64,000 nt of DNA from the NCBI GenBank assembly GCA_965248815.1, contig CBDFKK010000005.1, positions 119,835 to 183,834 of the forward strand, given 5' to 3'. Of the stretch, positions 1 to 10,159 are shown in pieces. Below the pieces are notes generated by a model, which saw only the letters and a list, made by a program, of their open reading frames with translations, was not told the DNA's origin and ran no database searches. Both the position numbers and the translations under genes were made by a program. This DNA comes from Alphaproteobacteria bacterium. Its GTDB lineage: Bacteria > Pseudomonadota > Alphaproteobacteria > SMXP01. Within the stretch, counting starts at the first letter, position 1, and every line of letters starts with the position of its first letter.

Positions 1-1314
1 GTAGCCGCCTCCAATATTCTTCATGTCGGCAATAGGCGAGTTGATCATTTTGTCAAAGTTGGGACCCAATGGCATGCGCCACAGTTGTTCGCCTTCGGCC
101 TTGCCCGCTTTAATGAGGCGATCGGCAAGTTCGTCGTTGTCCGAAAAAAGACCGGCATATTCGTGGGCGAGCGAAACCAGGATTGCTCCGGTCAGTGTCG
201 CAAGATCAATGATGGCGGACGGTTTATATTTTTCTTGCGCGTACCAAAGCACATCGGCCAAGACGAGACGCCCCTCCGCATCAGTATTGATGACCTCTAT
301 AGTTTGGCCCGACATAGATTTGACCACATCACCGGGACGTTGGGCCGTACCGCTCGGCATATTTTCGACGAGGCCAATAAGGCCCACCGCGTTGACTTTC
401 GCTTTGCGACCGGCGAGCGCATGCATGAGACCCGTGACCGTTCCGGCACCGCCCATGTCCCACTTCATTTGTTCCATTCCGGATGCCGGCTTGATCGAAA
501 TGCCGCCTGAATCGAAGGTTACGCCTTTACCGACAAAGGCTATGGGTTTGCCAGTTTTCTTTGCGGCGCCCTTCCACTGCATGACGACGACGCGAGATTC
601 ACGGGCGCTGCCCTGCCCCACGCCAAGCAATGCCCCCATACCCAAACGCTTCAACTGCTTTTCATCCAGCACATCAACCTTGACGCCAAGCTTGCTCAGC
701 TCCTGAGCTCTTTTTGCAAATTCAACCGGGTACAGAACATTGGCAGGTTCTGAGACCAAATCACGCGTGACGAACACGCCAGAGGCGGCCTGTTGCAAAG
801 GACGGTAGTGGCGCCGCGCCGCAGTCGGATTTGCCGTACCGACAATAATTTTTGTGAGGCTGGGTTTTTCAGCGGGCTTTTGTTTCGTCTTGTACAGATC
901 GAACCGGTAGCTTTGGAGCAAAGCACCATAACCAGCGCGTGCCGCAAGTTCCGCATCGTCGAGTTCGGTGTCTATCAACGCGTCGCCAATTATCGTGACT
1001 TCCTTTTCGCCACTCCGAAGCAGCGTGCTCACGATGCGTCCTCCTGCAATCTCAGCGCCACGACCGGAGAGTTTTGACGGGTTTCCCACACCAACAAGAA
1101 ATATATGTGACAGACGCATGCCGGCCGGCGCCAGCAGATGAACCGTCTGACCAGGCTTGCCGGTGAATCTGCTAGATTTCATCGCCCGCGACAGTGCCCC
1201 TTTCATGCGCTTGTCGAGCCGCTGGGCCGTATTAGCGAGGCGATCTCCCTCCGGCATCAGCAAAGCTAGGGCAGCGCTTCGGGGTAATGTTGGTTTTGCA
1301 AATGAAATGTTCAT
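1..1314 (-). CDS. pepA: Leucyl aminopeptidase (M17), 3' end runs off the window
   Basis: Translated by hand (absent from the ORF track because no stop codon is in the window). ATG at 1314, MNISFAKP..., with M17 motifs VGKGVTFDSGG, MKWDMGG, NTDAEGRL and WRMPL...ADMKNIGG. Divergent from lptF, as is typical. Confidence 0.96.
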   Translation of the reverse strand, partial: MNISFAKPTLPRSAALALLMPEGDRLANTAQRLDKRMKGALSRAMKSSRFTGKPGQTVHLLAPAGMRLSHIFLVGVGNPSKLSGRGAEIAGGRIVSTLLRSGEKEVTIIGDALIDTELDDAELAARAGYGALLQSYRFDLYKTKQKPAEKPSLTKIIVGTANPTAARRHYRPLQQAASGVFVTRDLVSEPANVLYPVEFAKRAQELSKLGVKVDVLDEKQLKRLGMGALLGVGQGSARESRVVVMQWKGAAKKTGKPIAFVGKGVTFDSGGISIKPASGMEQMKWDMGGAGTVTGLMHALAGRKAKVNAVGLIGLVENMPSGTAQRPGDVVKSMSGQTIEVINTDAEGRLVLADVLWYAQEKYKPSAIIDLATLTGAILVSLAHEYAGLFSDNDELADRLIKAGKAEGEQLWRMPLGPNFDKMINSPIADMKNIGGGY

Positions 1315-1573
1315 TATTTTTTCCTGATTGGCGGCACATTTGCGGACTTACACAGAAGTCGTCCGTCTATACTTGATGTTTACTTATGTCACTGAACTTT
1401 AGGTCTTGCTATGCTTCTTGCGCCTGGGCCTGGGCGCCCAGCTACCCGCGATTTTCCGCACATTACGGGATGATTCTGTCCTAATACCATGGGCATTTTC
1501 TATGCTATCAACTAGTTGAGGCGGAAAATCAAGATTCGAGCACGAGCCGCGCGGGGAATAGCCTGATTAGCCT

Positions 1574-2725
1574 ATGACAATGCTCACGACCTATATCCTG
1601 CGCCAGATGATATGGCCGTTGATCGTGTTTACGGCTGGACTTTCGCTGATGTTCTGGCTGGCCGAATCGCTCGATATGTTGGATTTGGTGATCAATCGGA
1701 GACAATCGGCGGTCACGTTTCTCTTGATCACTCTGTACGTATTCCCCAGCCTGCTGACGATCATTGTTCCATTTGCCCTGTTCTGCGCCGCCTTGTTCGC
1801 CCTCAACCGGTTATCGACGGACAGCGAACTCACGGTAATGCGTTCGGCTGGCGTCAGCAATTGGTCGGTTTCGGCTCCGGTGCTGGCCGTTGCGGCAGGT
1901 GCGGCCGTCGTCACGCTGCTGCTCAATTTGTATCTGATGCCGGCTGGCCATCGAGCGATGCGCGAAAAAGTTTATGAGATCCGCGCAGATATAGCGATTG
2001 CCATGGTGCAAAACGGCTCGTTTACAAACCCGTCCAAAGGTTTGACCGTTTACAACCGAACCAGCGGGCCTGACGGCGAACTCTACAACCTACTGATCCA
2101 CGACAACCGCAATAGAGACCGGCCGACAACTTATCTCGCCGAAGTCGGTCAGTTCTTACGGACTGAGCAAGGGCCCCGACTGGTTATGCTTGATGGCAAC
2201 GTTCAACAGATTGGCGGCGATGGAGAATTGTCCATTCTCTACTTCGACAAATACATTTTCGATCTCGCCGAATTCGCCGGCCCCCAAAGAAAAGTAGGCC
2301 TAAGAGACACCACCGAGCGCTATTTGCATGAGTTGCTTTCCCCCGATTTATCGGACCGGTCCAATCGTCGAAAACTCGGATCGCTACTTGCTGAAGGTCA
2401 TAACAGGTTGGCGTCACCTCTCTACAACTTTGCATTCGTCTTGATCGCGCTTTGTTCAATTCTGTTGGGAGGATTCAATCGACGAAGCAATTGGGGCCGT
2501 CTTGGTATCGCAATGGCAATCGGATTGCCTATGAGGCTAATGGGTTTCGGCTTACAAAGTATGGCCGCGACTATCCCCCAGCTGTTGATCTACGAATATG
2601 TCTTACCACTCTTTGTCATATTTATTTGTTGCTTTCTTTTGTTTGGCACTCAATTTACTCGCAACATTGTGCTCTCACCACGGCGAGCAAGTGGCGTTGG
2701 CCCCGCGCCTATACTGTCGGAGTAG
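1574..2725 (+). CDS. lptF: LPS export ABC transporter permease LptF
   Basis: 383 aa YjgP/YjgQ-type permease (L..DSELTVMRSAGVS, ERYLHELL); first of a tandem pair before lptD. Confidence 0.9.
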   Translation: MTMLTTYILRQMIWPLIVFTAGLSLMFWLAESLDMLDLVINRRQSAVTFLLITLYVFPSLLTIIVPFALFCAALFALNRLSTDSELTVMRSAGVSNWSVSAPVLAVAAGAAVVTLLLNLYLMPAGHRAMREKVYEIRADIAIAMVQNGSFTNPSKGLTVYNRTSGPDGELYNLLIHDNRNRDRPTTYLAEVGQFLRTEQGPRLVMLDGNVQQIGGDGELSILYFDKYIFDLAEFAGPQRKVGLRDTTERYLHELLSPDLSDRSNRRKLGSLLAEGHNRLASPLYNFAFVLIALCSILLGGFNRRSNWGRLGIAMAIGLPMRLMGFGLQSMAATIPQLLIYEYVLPLFVIFICCFLLFGTQFTRNIVLSPRRASGVGPAPILSE

Positions 2726-2728
2726 GTT

Positions 2729-3823
2729 TTGGCATTTTCTTGGACACTTTTCCGATATCTTGGCGTCCAATTTTTTGGTTCGGTCGCCGTAACGTTCTTG
2801 GGTTTGTTGGCGCTCGTATCTCTTATTGAAGCTGTGGAACTCTTGCGCAATTATTCCGGCAATGAAGAAGTCGGTTTTTCAGCCATTGCGACAATGGTCT
2901 TGTTTAAGATGCCGCGGCTGGCACAGCGAATTTTTCCGTTCGCCTTCTTGCTTGGCGCAATTATTTCTTTCACAAGGCTCACCAAGAACCACGAGCTCGT
3001 TGTTGTGCGTGCTGCCGGTGTGTCCGTTTGGCAATTTCTGACCCCGGCCTTGATCGTCAGCACTATCGTGGGCGCGCTTGTTGTGACGGTTCACAGCCCC
3101 ATTTCGGCGAGCATGTACGCGCGATTCGAACAACTTCAAGAAAGCCACGACCAAGGGAAGAACAGCCTATTGCAGGTTACCCGTGACGGTGTGTGGCTGC
3201 GCCAAGGCGACGATCGCAATCAATCGGTCGTGCACGCACTTTCCGTTCAAAACCGAGGGGCACTACTAAGGCAAGTTATCATTTTCATATTCGAAGATGG
3301 CAACGAATGGTTGGAGCGCATAGACGCTGAAGTCGCATACCTGAAAAACGGCTACTGGGAGATACACAATGCCCGGCGAACTGTTCGCGACCAGCCGAGT
3401 ACACCGCTCGAAACTTTTGAACTGCCGACGACACTGACGTATGACCAATTGCAAAATAGTTTTGCGCCGCCGGAAACGATGTCGTTTTGGGATTTACCCC
3501 AATTCATTCAAATGGCGGAGGCGGCCGGCTTTTCGGCGCTACGTCATCGCGTGTTCTGGCACACCATCTTAGCAACACCCGTATTGTTTTGCGCAATGGT
3601 TTTGATTGCGGCAACGGTTTCGTTCCGCTTAAATCGATTTGGCGGTGTGGGAATGCTACTGATTATCGGCGTGTTGTTCGGCTTTGTACTGTTCTTCGTG
3701 ACGGACCTTGGCCGCGTGCTAGGTGAATCGGGCAGACTGCCAACTATAATTGCGGCATGGACGCCAGCATTTGTTGCATTGCTACTAGGCCTCGCCTCCT
3801 TGTTTCATCTGGAGGACGGCTAG
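2729..3823 (+). CDS. lptG: LPS export ABC transporter permease LptG
   Basis: 364 aa, TTG start; LTKNHELVVVRAAGVSVWQ, PETMSFWDLP, C-terminal LFHLEDG. Confidence 0.9.
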   Translation: MAFSWTLFRYLGVQFFGSVAVTFLGLLALVSLIEAVELLRNYSGNEEVGFSAIATMVLFKMPRLAQRIFPFAFLLGAIISFTRLTKNHELVVVRAAGVSVWQFLTPALIVSTIVGALVVTVHSPISASMYARFEQLQESHDQGKNSLLQVTRDGVWLRQGDDRNQSVVHALSVQNRGALLRQVIIFIFEDGNEWLERIDAEVAYLKNGYWEIHNARRTVRDQPSTPLETFELPTTLTYDQLQNSFAPPETMSFWDLPQFIQMAEAAGFSALRHRVFWHTILATPVLFCAMVLIAATVSFRLNRFGGVGMLLIIGVLFGFVLFFVTDLGRVLGESGRLPTIIAAWTPAFVALLLGLASLFHLEDG

Positions 3824-3827
3824 CCAA

Positions 3828-6071
3828 ATGATTGCCCGCCGTTGGTGGATCTCAAAGATTGTCTGGGTGACGTTTGTGTCGGCTCTTTTGCTCGATCCGG
3901 CGTGCGTCGGTAGCCCGGCTTGGGCTCAAGTCGATGCAGACGATGGAGCCGGGGAAAGTGCGCTTAAACCCAATCCCTTGGTGGATGGCGGTCTTTTGCT
4001 GCAGGCTGATAACGTCATTTATGATACCGTTAATGAAGTCGTAAGCGCGACCGGCGGCGTCGAGATATTCTACGAAGAACGCACGCTGCTCGCCGACGAG
4101 ATCATTTACGATCAAAAAACCGACAATGTCGTCGCCCGCGGAAACGTCAGCTTGATGGAGCCGTCGGGCGAAGTTTTTTTCGCAAATGAGGCCGTGCTAA
4201 CTGATCAGCTACGCCAGGGCGTGATTGACGGATTTGGCGCGCTGCTTGATCAAAATGTAACAATTGCAGCGGAAAAGGCTTACCGGAGCGACGACGGTGA
4301 GCGCCACGAGCTGACGCGTGCGGTCTACAGCGCCTGCGATGTTTGCGATTCCGAAGGCAACGCTAAAACGCCCTTGTGGCGAATCAAATCCTTTCGCGTC
4401 ATTCACGACAGGGAAGAGCGCGAAATCATCATGCGCGATGTCTATTTCGAATTATTCGGCATGCCGGTTCTTTATCTGCCTTACTTGTCGCATCCTGATC
4501 CAACAGTGAAGCGCAAGACCGGCTTTCTGTCGCCATCATTCGGAAACTCAGATTTGTTGGGAACATTTTTTGAGATCCCCTACTTCATTAATCTTGCGCC
4601 GACCTATGACCTGACGCTGTCACCGCTCATTGCGACCAATGAGGGGGGTGTCCTCAAAGGCAATTGGCGCCAGAAGCTCCGCAAAGGAAGCTATTCATTT
4701 ACCGGTAGCGTCGGTTACGTCGACCAAAGAAATATTCGAAACATTGAAACCGGGTCGAAAACGCTTCGCGGCCACATATTTGGCAATGGCCGGTTTAAAC
4801 TGGACGAGACCTGGTCGACAGGTTTTGACCTGCAATGGGTCAGCAACGACACGTATTTGCAAAGGTTTGGTCTTCACAACGACAAGGATTTGGAATCCCA
4901 CATTTTTCTTTTCGGCGCCGACGGACGGAACTACGCGAATATCAATGCATATTATTTCCAAGGCCTTAGAACCAAGGACGTTGCGGGACAGACACCCTTT
5001 GTTTTTCCCCTAGTCGATGCGCACTATGTCTATGAGCCGGGAAACTTTGGACGCATCAACTTCGATGTGAACGCCATGATTTTGCAGCGAACGGACGGCG
5101 CCGACAGTCGCCGGCTGTCGATGTCGAGTGACTGGCAAAGATCTGTAACTACCGGCAATGGGCAAGTGATTACGCCGTTCGCAAATATGCGCGGCGACAT
5201 GTATTCCACATCCGATCAAAATCCTGCGCATCTGCCGGGTCTTCCCGATAATAGCGAGGTTATTTTTCGTGGCCTACCAACTGTCGGTATCGATTGGCGC
5301 TGGCCCTTCGTGCGAAATGGAAGGAACGTTCAGTTTGTGGTTGAGCCAATCGCACAGGCAATTCTGAGTACCAATGGCGGAAACCCGATTGATATTCCCA
5401 ACGAGGATAGCCAAAGTTTCGAATTTGATACGACAAATTTATTTTCCATCAATCGATTTCCCGGTCTTGATCGTTGGGAGAATGGCCAACGCGTGAATGT
5501 AGGCGTTCGGCTTGCGGCAAAACGAAACAATGGCGGGTCCGCCACAATGATCTTAGGCCGAAGTTTCCGCGTCCAGGATGATTCACCGTTCCCGCTACAA
5601 TCGGGTCTCAGTGACAGCAATTCCGACTATGTCGGCAGCCTAACCCTGGCACCGAACGGAAACTTTAGCTTGACCCATCGCTTTCGCGCCGACGGTCAGG
5701 ACTTCTCAATCCGGCGCAATGAAGTAGGAGCACATTTGAAGCTTGGCCGCTTCAACGTCCGCGGCGGCTATTTAAAAACCGATCCACTTGGGACTGGAAC
5801 CGGAATCGGCGTGCGCGAAGAAGCCATACTCTCCGGCGGCGTCCGTATCAACGAGAATTGGAGACTATCCGGGACGACCCGGAGGGATCTGATCCTCAAT
5901 GAAGCGCGCAGTTCGTCGGCAAATCTGACTTACCAAAACGAATGCGGGACGTTCACGCTGTCTTGGGTCCGGCGCAATACAACCAATCAGGATATCACGC
6001 CTGCCGACGCCATATTGTTCACTTTCACTCTCAAAACGCTGGCCGAAAATGCCACGTTTGGTGGGCAATAG
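3828..6071 (+). CDS. lptD: LPS assembly outer-membrane protein LptD
   Basis: 747 aa with signal peptide; YSACDVC...PLWRI, PDPTVKRKTGFL, late Cys in YQNECG. Confidence 0.93.
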   Translation: MIARRWWISKIVWVTFVSALLLDPACVGSPAWAQVDADDGAGESALKPNPLVDGGLLLQADNVIYDTVNEVVSATGGVEIFYEERTLLADEIIYDQKTDNVVARGNVSLMEPSGEVFFANEAVLTDQLRQGVIDGFGALLDQNVTIAAEKAYRSDDGERHELTRAVYSACDVCDSEGNAKTPLWRIKSFRVIHDREEREIIMRDVYFELFGMPVLYLPYLSHPDPTVKRKTGFLSPSFGNSDLLGTFFEIPYFINLAPTYDLTLSPLIATNEGGVLKGNWRQKLRKGSYSFTGSVGYVDQRNIRNIETGSKTLRGHIFGNGRFKLDETWSTGFDLQWVSNDTYLQRFGLHNDKDLESHIFLFGADGRNYANINAYYFQGLRTKDVAGQTPFVFPLVDAHYVYEPGNFGRINFDVNAMILQRTDGADSRRLSMSSDWQRSVTTGNGQVITPFANMRGDMYSTSDQNPAHLPGLPDNSEVIFRGLPTVGIDWRWPFVRNGRNVQFVVEPIAQAILSTNGGNPIDIPNEDSQSFEFDTTNLFSINRFPGLDRWENGQRVNVGVRLAAKRNNGGSATMILGRSFRVQDDSPFPLQSGLSDSNSDYVGSLTLAPNGNFSLTHRFRADGQDFSIRRNEVGAHLKLGRFNVRGGYLKTDPLGTGTGIGVREEAILSGGVRINENWRLSGTTRRDLILNEARSSSANLTYQNECGTFTLSWVRRNTTNQDITPADAILFTFTLKTLAENATFGGQ

Positions 6072-6285
6072 TCCGAGAGTTGATCCCTATCTTTTTTTGA
6101 GTATTCTGAGGTTTCTCGCGTCGGTTGAATGCTGGAAGCCTCTCTGCTATGTCGGCTGGCAGCGGTTGAGCAACTAGCCTCAAACATGAGGCCAACTGGT
6201 CATCGAGAATTTGAGGTTTAACTGAATTTGTATCGCAGCGGAGAGATCGATTGAGATTTCACTGCTGCAAATTTGAGGACTTGGT

Positions 6286-7584
6286 TTGAGGCACACTCTG
6301 TCACCTGCGACCCGCCACGGTCCAAAGTTCGCGATGGCGGGACTTGTAGCCGCATTAAGTCTGCTGAGCGCGGCGCCCACTTCGTCACAACAAGTGCAGA
6401 GCATTGCCGCTGTCGTGAACGATGACGTCATATCAAGTTATGACGTCCAGCAGCGAGTGACCCTAGTTCTGTCTTCTTCGGGCATTCAACCTGATCAGGA
6501 CATTGTTGAACGGGTCCAGGCACAAGTATTGCGCACACTTATCGACGAAAAATTGCAACTCCAGGAAGCCGAACGGTTTGAGGTTGAGGTTACCGAAGAT
6601 GAAATTCGTGAGTCGATCAATCGGCTCGCTCAGCAAAATGATATTTCAGCAGAAGCCATTGAAGCGTCATTGAAGCAAAGCGGCATTGGCTTTGACACAC
6701 TGTTAGCGCAAGTTCGCGCAGAAATCGCTTGGAACAAATTGGTCAGCGGCCTTTTATCGTCACGTGTTAGCGTCGCAAAAGAGGAAGTCGACCAAGTCCT
6801 CAATCAACTGAAATTGAGCTCCAATAAGCCACAATTTTTAGTTGCAGAAATTTTTCTCGAAGTCGATAGCCTCGAACAAGAGGAAGAGGTTCGCCAAGGC
6901 GGTTTGCAGCTGATACAGCAAATGCAGCAGGGAGTACCCTTTACCTTGGTTGCTCAGCAATTCAGTGCGGCGGCATCTGCGGCTCAAGGTGGCGACATAG
7001 GCTGGGTGCAAGAAGGAGAATTATCACCGCAATTGAATGAAGCCTTGCGGCGAATGCAGCCAGGACAAGTTTCTCCCCCAGTACGCACACTTGGCGGCTT
7101 TACGATATTGGCACTGCGAGATCGCCGCATACTGGGCGGACCGGATCCAATGCGGTCCACGCTTGATTTGCGTCAAATTGCTGTGCCGGCAAATGCGGAA
7201 GCGGACGCGGCAACAATTAATCGGATCCAACAGGACCTGCAAAGGGTTCGCACGTCATTGTCCGGGTGTGAAAATATCGAAAGCGCCGCTGGGCAGGCAA
7301 GCAACTCGTCAGTTGCCAACCTTGGCCGGCTCAAAGTCAGTCAGCTTTCGGGAGCGATCGCGCCAATCGTCGCAACGCTGCAACCAGGAGAGGCGACACA
7401 GCCATTTCGCACCGACGTCGGCTTTAGTATTTTGGTGGTCTGCGACCGGGAGGATACGGGCGAGGCCGCACAATTGCCCACTAGAGTCGATATCGAGGAT
7501 AGACTATTCGACCAACAACTTTCGATGCAGGCACGACGCTACCTGCGCGATTTGCGGCGCGACTCCACGATTGAAATTCGATAG
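6286..7584 (+). CDS. surA: Periplasmic chaperone/peptidylprolyl isomerase SurA
   Basis: IAAVVNDDVISSYDV N-domain and parvulin motif FS...AQGGDIGW; lptD-surA-pdxA-rsmA synteny. Start uncertain (TTG 6286 or ATG 6334). Confidence 0.9.
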   Translation: MRHTLSPATRHGPKFAMAGLVAALSLLSAAPTSSQQVQSIAAVVNDDVISSYDVQQRVTLVLSSSGIQPDQDIVERVQAQVLRTLIDEKLQLQEAERFEVEVTEDEIRESINRLAQQNDISAEAIEASLKQSGIGFDTLLAQVRAEIAWNKLVSGLLSSRVSVAKEEVDQVLNQLKLSSNKPQFLVAEIFLEVDSLEQEEEVRQGGLQLIQQMQQGVPFTLVAQQFSAAASAAQGGDIGWVQEGELSPQLNEALRRMQPGQVSPPVRTLGGFTILALRDRRILGGPDPMRSTLDLRQIAVPANAEADAATINRIQQDLQRVRTSLSGCENIESAAGQASNSSVANLGRLKVSQLSGAIAPIVATLQPGEATQPFRTDVGFSILVVCDREDTGEAAQLPTRVDIEDRLFDQQLSMQARRYLRDLRRDSTIEIR

Positions 7585-7589
7585 CCGTC

Positions 7590-8612
7590 ATGGCCAAAGC
7601 GCTGACGTCTTGTCTAGCCCTGACAATGGGCGATCCCTCGGGCATTGGTCCTGAACTCTCATTGAAAGCATGGCTGTCCAGACGATCCCATGATCTTCCT
7701 CCCTTTGTTTACATCGGGAATGAGGATCATCTAAAACGTTCGGCCGAGCATCTCGCGCTGGATGCGGCGATCGGAAGGGTTGAGACACCGGCCGACGCAT
7801 TCGACGCATTTAACAAAAAAGTGCCCGTCATTGACATTGAACTTAAAGCTCCGGTCGAATACGGCAAACCAAACGCTCAGCATGCGACTGCCGTCATCAA
7901 GAGCCTCGACCGCGCGATCGCCTACGTGATGAACGGATCCGTTGGCGCGATTGTGACCAACCCCATTCATAAGAAGACGATGTGGGACGGCGGTTTCCGC
8001 TTTCCCGGCCACACAGAATATTTGGCCGACAAGGTAAAGAATGGCAATTCGCCGGCAGACGTGGTCATGATGTTGGCGATAAAGGGATTGCGCGTCGTAC
8101 CGGTCACAATTCATGTACCACTTAAGGACGTCAGCGCCTCGCTTGATGCCAGCTCCCTCGTGCGTATCGGCATGCTGACCAGCCAGGCGCTAACGTGCGA
8201 CTTTGGCATCGAGCACCCCCGGCTTGGCGTTGCCGGTCTCAACCCCCACGCAGGTGAAGACGCGGCACTCGGAAGCGAAGAACGCGATATCATCGCACCG
8301 GCAGTCGAAGAGCTTCGCAAGGCGGGAATCGAAGCAAGCGGGCCTTATCCCGCCGACACGCTTTTCTCGGAGCAATTGCGCACACGCTTTGATGCGATCA
8401 TCTGCATGTACCACGATCAGGCACTCATTCCACTGAAGGCGATCGACTTTGATCGCGGCATCAATGTCACGTTGGGCCTGCCATTCGTGCGCACCTCGCC
8501 AGACCACGGAACCGCACATGATATTGCCGGTCAAGGTCTCGCGAAGCCTGATAGTTTGATCATGGCCCTCAAAACCGCCCATCAAATTGCCGAGCGACGG
8601 GCTACGTCGTGA
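7590..8612 (+). CDS. pdxA: 4-hydroxythreonine-4-phosphate dehydrogenase
   Basis: TMGDPSGIGPE, GHTEYL, GLNPHAGE, MYHDQALIP, RTSPDHGTA. Confidence 0.97.
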   Translation: MAKALTSCLALTMGDPSGIGPELSLKAWLSRRSHDLPPFVYIGNEDHLKRSAEHLALDAAIGRVETPADAFDAFNKKVPVIDIELKAPVEYGKPNAQHATAVIKSLDRAIAYVMNGSVGAIVTNPIHKKTMWDGGFRFPGHTEYLADKVKNGNSPADVVMMLAIKGLRVVPVTIHVPLKDVSASLDASSLVRIGMLTSQALTCDFGIEHPRLGVAGLNPHAGEDAALGSEERDIIAPAVEELRKAGIEASGPYPADTLFSEQLRTRFDAIICMYHDQALIPLKAIDFDRGINVTLGLPFVRTSPDHGTAHDIAGQGLAKPDSLIMALKTAHQIAERRATS

Positions 8613-9460
8613 ATGACAAGAGCGAGCAGCTCCCGCCGCTGCGTGACATCATCGCTGCCTATGACCTCGGCGCACTTAAACGCTTCGGACAACATTTTTT
8701 GCTCGACCTCAATCTCACGGAAAAGATTGCGCGATCGGCCGGTCCGTTCGACAACGCGGCGGTTTGGGAAGTTGGGCCCGGACCGGGGGGGTTGACGCGC
8801 GCCCTGCTTTCCCAAGGCGCGGCCAAAGTGATTGCGGTCGAACGCGATCCACGATTTGCGCCCGCTCTGCAACAACTTGGCGAGGCCTATCCTGGTCGCC
8901 TTAAGATCATTAACGAAGACGCCTTGGACGTCAGTGAAACGGATCACTTGAGCGCTGCACCGTGCAAAGTCGTCGCCAACCTTCCCTACAACGTGTCAAC
9001 GGTACTTCTGCTCAAATGGCTTGCGGCCGATCCCTGGCCGCCCTGGTTTGCCAGTCTGACACTCATGTTTCAAAAGGAAGTTGCGGCGCGGCTAGTGGCA
9101 GCAGCGTCGGCAAAGGAGTATGGACGCCTGACCGTCGCCGCTCAGTGGCGCTGCGAGGTGTACCGCCTGTTCGACATTCCGGCTCGCGCGTTCACTCCGC
9201 CGCCCAAAGTCGACTCATCCGTCGTACAATTGACGCCACGGCCGGACAAGAGCGAGGCGAAGCTTGCCAGGGCGATCGAAACCGTCGCGCGCTCAGCTTT
9301 CGGCCAACGCCGCAAAATGCTGCGGACAAGTTTGAGGCCCGTCTTTTCCAACACAGAAGAAACGCTTGAGCGTTGCGGGATTTCCGCCACCCAACGGGCG
9401 GAAAATTTGACCATCGACGACTATGAAACATTGGGGAAAGTTCTGATCGGCAATTCATAG
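8609..9460 (+). CDS. rsmA: 16S rRNA adenine dimethyltransferase KsgA/RsmA
   Basis: GQHFLLD, EVGPGPGGLT, VANLPYNV, FGQRRKMLR; GTG start overlapping the pdxA stop. Confidence 0.97.
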   Translation: MNDKSEQLPPLRDIIAAYDLGALKRFGQHFLLDLNLTEKIARSAGPFDNAAVWEVGPGPGGLTRALLSQGAAKVIAVERDPRFAPALQQLGEAYPGRLKIINEDALDVSETDHLSAAPCKVVANLPYNVSTVLLLKWLAADPWPPWFASLTLMFQKEVAARLVAAASAKEYGRLTVAAQWRCEVYRLFDIPARAFTPPPKVDSSVVQLTPRPDKSEAKLARAIETVARSAFGQRRKMLRTSLRPVFSNTEETLERCGISATQRAENLTIDDYETLGKVLIGNS

Positions 9461-9511
9461 GTTGTAGCCCGCGATGCCTGCTCCAAATAAAGTTCTTGAC
9501 CAAATAACCGG

Positions 9512-10144
9512 CTACTTAGATAGACGTTTCACAAAGTCTGACAGTCCGATTTGGCGTTTGCGACGCAGACGCTCAGCCGCCAAAATCGCTTCAATTTGAT
9601 ATTGCGCATGGCCAAAATCCTCATTGACGATGATAAAGTCATACTCCGCCCAATGACTAATCTCGTCAGCCGCTTTGGCCATACGCTTTGCAACGACATC
9701 GGGCGCATCTTGCGCACGCCGCTCAAGCCGGCTTTGAAGCTCGTCCCACGACGGCGGCAAGACGAAGACTTTGACCAAATCTTCGCGTGCTGCCTGATCG
9801 AGCTGCTGCGTCCCCTGCCAATCGATATCGAACAACACGTCCCTGCCTTTTGAAAGGGCGTCTTCGACAGGTGCACGCGGCGTACCATAGCGATGATCGA
9901 AGACAACCGCATGCTCTAACAGCTCATCGCGCGCTACCATGTGATCGAATTCTTTAGCCGCGACGAAGTTATAATCCTTGCCATCGATCTCACCAGGACG
10001 CGGCGGACGAGTTGTCACCGAAATCGACAGCGTTAATTCTGCGTCGGCTTCTAAGAGCCGGCGCGACAAAGTCGTCTTGCCGGCGCCACTCGGCGATGAC
10101 AAGACCAGCATCAGTCCACGTCTTTGAATTTCAACGCCGTTCAT
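9512..10144 (-). CDS. gmk: Guanylate kinase
   Basis: P-loop SSPSGAGKT, SVTTRPPRPGEIDGKDY, DIDWQG; ATG at 10144 (the ORF track uses an upstream TTG at 10150). Confidence 0.97.
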   Translation of the reverse strand: MNGVEIQRRGLMLVLSSPSGAGKTTLSRRLLEADAELTLSISVTTRPPRPGEIDGKDYNFVAAKEFDHMVARDELLEHAVVFDHRYGTPRAPVEDALSKGRDVLFDIDWQGTQQLDQAAREDLVKVFVLPPSWDELQSRLERRAQDAPDVVAKRMAKAADEISHWAEYDFIIVNEDFGHAQYQIEAILAAERLRRKRQIGLSDFVKRLSK

Positions 10145-10159
10145 GAGCAAATGAAATAC

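Noticed and set aside
23-706. 227-aa + strand ORF and other long antisense or alternate-frame ORFs (7037-7654, 23343-24023, 34336-34962, 34981-35709, 53943-54524)
   Set aside because: They overlap well-conserved genes (pepA, surA, radA, guaA, transposase) and have no recognisable motifs; these are shadow ORFs typical of GC-rich coding DNA.
1394-1420. E. coli sigmaE-like promoter GAACTT-N16-TCTTG upstream of lptF
   Set aside because: The -10 match is only 3/5, and a sigmaE ortholog with this specificity is not established for this group.
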